From positions 40,300,001 to 40,364,000 of the forward strand of contig CM022670.1 in NCBI GenBank assembly GCA_012295275.1: a stretch of 64,000 nucleotides of DNA. The letters run 5' to 3'. Below are positions 59,547 through 64,000 of this stretch, piece after piece. The stretch's first letter is position 1; each line of letters begins with the position of its first letter. Both the position numbers and the translations under genes were made by a program. The stretch comes from Chrysomallon squamiferum. Lineage: Eukaryota; Animalia; Mollusca. Under the pieces are notes generated by a model. That model searched no databases. It saw nothing but the letters and a program-made list of their open reading frames with translations, and had not been told where the DNA came from.

Positions 59547-60098
59547 TTTTAAAAAGTAAGTCGTTCCACTTGACCTGTTCCTATTGTTGACATATTGTTT
59601 AAGGTTGCTTGACGGTCAGTAACAGAGAAACAGCTATAAACTTAGAAACGTTTGTCAAACAATCTCAAATAGGTGAATCTTTTTTTGTCCACACGTGGTA
59701 GATAAAAATATGTTTAAAAATTAAGTTATTATTACAATTAGTTTATTTAAAATTAAATCTTCTATGTAAGTATTATTTTAAATAGAATATAAATGTATTA
59801 TTTTTCTGTATATTTTTCTTCCCAAAAAAACCAATAGTTGTGAAGAGGTCAATTTGTTATTTCATTTTAAAAGATCAGAAACCAGCTGTTATCCAGTGGC
59901 AAAATGTAATAGAGATATTTATTTTTCATTTATTAACATGTAAAACAGACTGCATTTTTGTCTGTTATTTTCAACTTTTTCAAAAAAAATGTTTGAACCT
60001 ATACGGTATTTGTGTTTGTATATATAGTTTGTATCGATTATCTTTTTAAAATCGATTATCTTAAAAAAACCATTAATCATTTACGTTTTACAGCTGCT

Positions 60099-60138
<40 letters not shown>

Positions 60139-62593
60139 AAAAAATAATAATAATGAAATAGAAAGAAAAAAATAATAATAAGCATTAAAAAAAATGTAAC
60201 AAAACAAAAACAAAAAAACCCACTAAAATAAATTATAGGTTATGCCATATGATTTTCATAAATATTTAAAATAAATTATGGTGTTTTTAAAGTTATTTTG
60301 TATATTACAAAAAAAATCCATTTCCTTAGTAATGCATAAAAGTAAAATCAGACCCGTACGCAGAAATTTATAAAACGGATGCATAAGTGACGGTCTAAAG
60401 CACATGAGTTTTAAAGAAAGTCCTGGGGCGTGATCTCACCCAGACATTTTTAAAAAATGTAGGAGACGCATTATTATTATTATTATTTTATTACACCTTC
60501 ACTGTCCGACCTTGGCAGACAAGGAGGATGCGTACGCACCCGTTGCTTCCCCGTGCTCACGGGCCTGAATATATTTAACAGTTTAAAAATATATTACAAT
60601 GATTGTTTCTACTTTTGCAGGTATAATGCCACAAAAATGGATGCTGATAATGACGGTGATTTGAACCATAATTATTTTAGTAATTTTGTAAAAAGAAAGA
60701 AGTTAAGACGGAAATAGAACGAAATAGTACTAGACTACATTAACGACTGATATCTAATTTGGATAAATAATAAAAGAGTTAACAAACTAAAAAGATAGAC
60801 CTACTTTCAAAGCAACGGCTTCGGTCTTACATAATATTAAGAAATTAAGCCCACTCGTTATAAGCAGAGGTATAACTTTAAGAAACAAAGTTAATAAATA
60901 AATTACATAAAAAGGTAACGTTATGCTGACGGGTTTTTCTTAGAACTGATTACTTTTGACGAACTGAAAAAAGCAAGTCCATATCGTCTGCGGGATTACG
61001 TTATTAAAGAACATCCCGAGAAACGCGCACGTCAGAGTAATTCCGCTTTGTTGTTTCCCGCCAAGTCGACAGATGCCGTATTTCAACGAGTCCAGAAAAG
61101 GTTTACAAATGTTTTATTATCTCTTTTCATAACAATAATAATAAAGAATAAAAATATTATAATAATTTCATTGTAGAATGATGATAAACAAGCATGTATA
61201 TATTTTGAGTGTTAGTTAATTTTTTCAGCTTTGCAAATCATTTCTATTTCTGATTTTATTTCTGATGGATTGCTTATTGTCAGCTGACATTATTTCAATG
61301 GACAAAATGCAAGCCATTCTCCGATAAAATCTAATAGGTTTTTTTTTCTAAATCTACGTATGCATATTTGTATGTATTTCATCGTGTGCATATGTATATA
61401 TCTGCTTGTTTTGTGTGTGTGTGCGTGCGTGCGTGTGTGGGTGTCTGATTGTAACAGACTGATAGAAATACAGTGACAAATTATAATTAAACAATGAGAT
61501 CTGATATATTTTATTTGTTTATTAGTTGCTGGTTGATACGTCTGCTAGTGTGTGTGTGTGTGTGTGTGCGTGTGTGTGTGTGTGCGCGTGCGTGTGTGGT
61601 GTAAATAGGTCACTGATTGGTCAGTGGAAAAGCTCGTACATGTATAATATATTTCTGCTAATTATTTTGAGAAATACACAACACGTAAAACAGAGATTTT
61701 GACCTTCGTTCCCTTTCAGAAGTTCCGATAACCGACATTTTAATTGTTGACTTCATTGTTTCTGTCTTTGCTGAATGCGTATGCCGATTTAATACGTAAA
61801 GATTTGGTTTCTCTTCCAGAGTGTCAGAAGTTATAGAACTGCCTGTAGAATTAATTAAACTAAGTACTTTTCAGGCAAGTTAAAATAAATTTATCATTAA
61901 ATCACACGATGAAAGATAGGGATTTCACCTGTCATTAATATTCATATATAGATGAACCTCGATTACCCGAACGTCAGTTATCTGAAAATGTAATTAGCTA
62001 TACTGTTATGTTTTAGCAAAACTGTATCGACGGTTTCCGATTTTGGTGGAATGGTATGAAGTCGATGTCTTTAATTGTTTCACCTTCATCAAATGTTATC
62101 AAAAATAAATAAACACATCTGAAGTAACAGTCACTAAATATTTTCTTCACAAAACAATGACCGATTAGTTAGTTTATCACCTCCTCAGTGAACTTTATTT
62201 ACACCATCTTATATATTTGACGAATTACTTTATTTCTTGCACATTAATATATTTATGATAATTACATCATGCTTCCGTTAATTTTAAGCTCCATAATTTC
62301 ATATTTAAACAATAAATAAATTGATTTTGTTTGTAAAATATCATGGATTTTTAAGCAGTATCCAGTGTGTCTATACATTTATCAGTTCAATGAAATTCGG
62401 AGTTTATTGGTATTTAAAAGTTATATTAGCAGTTCCCATTGGAATATGTGGCCATTGAACATATCTGAGGGGTGATGAATGTAATTAATTTTGTAGTTTC
62501 CCGTGTCAGGATATAGTAAAAAAATATACTGAGGTAAAGTACCGTATTTTATATGTAAAATAATATTGTGGGTTTTTTTTAATTTTAAAAAAT

Positions 62594-62629
<36 letters not shown>

Positions 62630-63654
62630 TAATTAAAAATTAATTTAAAAAAAAAAATTTTTATTATTCACACTTATTTTGTAGATAGTTCATTATGGAG
62701 TCAATGGTTATTACAATGCTCATTATGATTCACACAAAAAGGTAACCAAAACTCCTTGCTGTATGCCATTTGGCAAAAAACCATGTCGAATGTGCAGGTA
62801 AGTACATTTTAATCCTTTGTCCTAACAGAATATTCAGCTAAATTATAATAGCTTTTGATCTAATTCATGCTTTAATTTTTGTCTGAGAAACAATGAACCA
62901 CACCATAAATCCTTTCAGTGGATCCACAAAACTACTTTGTGTTGTAACTTATGCATAAAAGGCCATGGTATGTGATATCCTGTCTTTAAGAAAGAGCTTA
63001 ATAAAAGATCTTAAGTGGTAACAGATATTTCATTTCTCCTGTGTTGTGACAGAAATTTGTTCATACACAGTAACTACCATTATTGTTTTTCATTTTTAAA
63101 TTAAATTAATATGCTGGATGGCTTAAAATAATTTGTTTAGTATATATATTAAGTATCACACTGCAAAAGCTCATAAAGATCACTGTCTGTGAAGAAGATA
63201 TAAAAAGAATGGAAAAAGTAACTAAAATAAAAGTTAATGGTTTTGTTGACATCCAGCAGATTTTTAATAAAATACTTTGTACATCTCAGTAATTATTTCT
63301 AATGTAATATTATAATTAAGTTACAGCATTTCAACATTTTATATAACGAAATTCATCTTTTGTCAAAACTGTTTGGATTCAGCATACCTTAAAATCTTTA
63401 TATGCCAAATTTCATGCTTTCTGTAAAATGTTCTTCACATCTTGTATTAAGCCAAATGCCATTCAGTGGGCATCTAAAATTCCAATAACCCATCAAACTG
63501 CTGAATTATCTCCTACTCTGAAGTATTCACAGAGATGTATGTCTATCAACAGTTATGTTTCAGGTACATGAGTATCCTTTTATATCTGAATGATGTAGAA
63601 GAAGGAGGTGAGACTGCATTTCCAGAGGCAGATAATGAAACTTATAATTATATT
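56459..63654 (+). CDS. P4HTM: P4HTM-like EF-hand prolyl 4-hydroxylase (2OG-Fe(II) dioxygenase); 3' end lies beyond the window
   Basis: Exons 56459-56614, 56979-57060, 57485-57636, 58640-58701, 60621-60655, 60944-61100, 61820-61874 (GC donor), 62685-62797, 63564-63654, with consistent phases. Motifs KTLSLKPVLFELPGFLSDEEC, EF-hands DMDGDRKLTLTE and DADNDELITFDE, YNAHYDS (HxD), CRYMSILLYLNDVEEGGETAFPEADNETY. The start codon is inferred, and this may be a paralogue rather than the 1:1 orthologue. Confidence 0.85.
57731..58149. mobile_element. MITE (hAT-like ends) in P4HTM-like intron 3
   Basis: TIRs CAGTGGCGTGCAGA / TCTGCACGCCAGTG (13/14 match). Subterminal GATGCCC..GGGGCCA repeats at both ends. 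Imperfect 8-bp flanks ATATATAT / AGATGTAT. Confidence 0.8.
60349..60567. mobile_element. MITE in P4HTM-like intron 4
   Basis: Imperfect TIRs CAGACCCGTACGCA and TGCTCACGGGCCTG (reverse complement CAGGCCCGTGAGCA). GC-richer than the flanks. Confidence 0.6.
61949..62412. mobile_element. Possible decayed Tc1/pogo (Tigger-like) MITE
   Basis: Left end TAGATGAACCTCGATTACCCGAAC resembles CAGTAGAACCTCGATTATCCGAAC-type TIRs. The right end matches only weakly. Confidence 0.3.
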
Positions 63655-64000
63655 GTAAGTAAATTAAATTATTTCTTGTTTTTTTTTTGTTTTGTTTTTT
63701 TATTTAAATAAATAAATAAAATATTAAAATAAAAAAATATATATATTAAAAGCATATGAATTTTTTTTTTTTTTTTTTTTTTTAAATGCTGAAAAGAGCC
63801 ATAAATATAAAATATAAACACCATTGGTACTCATTAAAAATTTGTGAATAAACCAAAACAAAATGATGACTGAGATAATAGTAACAATACTTCTGTTTTT
63901 GTAATAATACAAACTAAACTGTAATATTTTACAGAAGCTTAAAATAGAAGAAAAGAGTAACTTGTTTCTCCACTGTGACAAAGCCAAACTAAAAGTTCTG

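Noticed and set aside
59604-59672. Possible extra exon in P4HTM-like intron 4 (AAG|GTTGCTT...ATAG|GTGAAT)
   Set aside because: It has an in-frame stop in the required phase, and the flanking exons already join correctly (M|YNATKMDADND).

Overview
AT-rich, microsatellite-rich, intron-rich animal genomic DNA. A lophotrochozoan such as a mollusc is plausible, but that is a weak inference. Most entries in the ORF track are low-complexity artefacts, so gene models were built by hand from GT/AG boundaries and protein similarity. Left to right: a ~9 kb gene-free region; GADD45 (-, 4 coding exons, 169 aa); intron-containing tRNA-Leu(CAA) (+); RPS20 (-) head-to-head with TM9SF4 (+, 21 coding exons, two apparent 1-nt homopolymer frameshifts); ELP3 (-, 17 coding exons, 551 aa) head-to-head with BLCAP (+); a divergent profilin-like gene with an acidic tail (+); a decayed RTE-type LINE with an inverted 5' piece; and the 5' nine exons of a P4HTM-like EF-hand prolyl 4-hydroxylase (+) that runs off the window. 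The most interesting signals lie 3' of GADD45. One is three diverged copies of a ~110-bp non-coding module that keeps four motifs at identical spacing (PAR-bZIP D-box, GGTAATTAAT, GTTC, GCACT) followed by GTGAAAA. The other is a 25-bp minisatellite carrying seven perfect p53 half-sites. Two ~120-bp tandem duplications also copy splice sites in TM9SF4 and ELP3.
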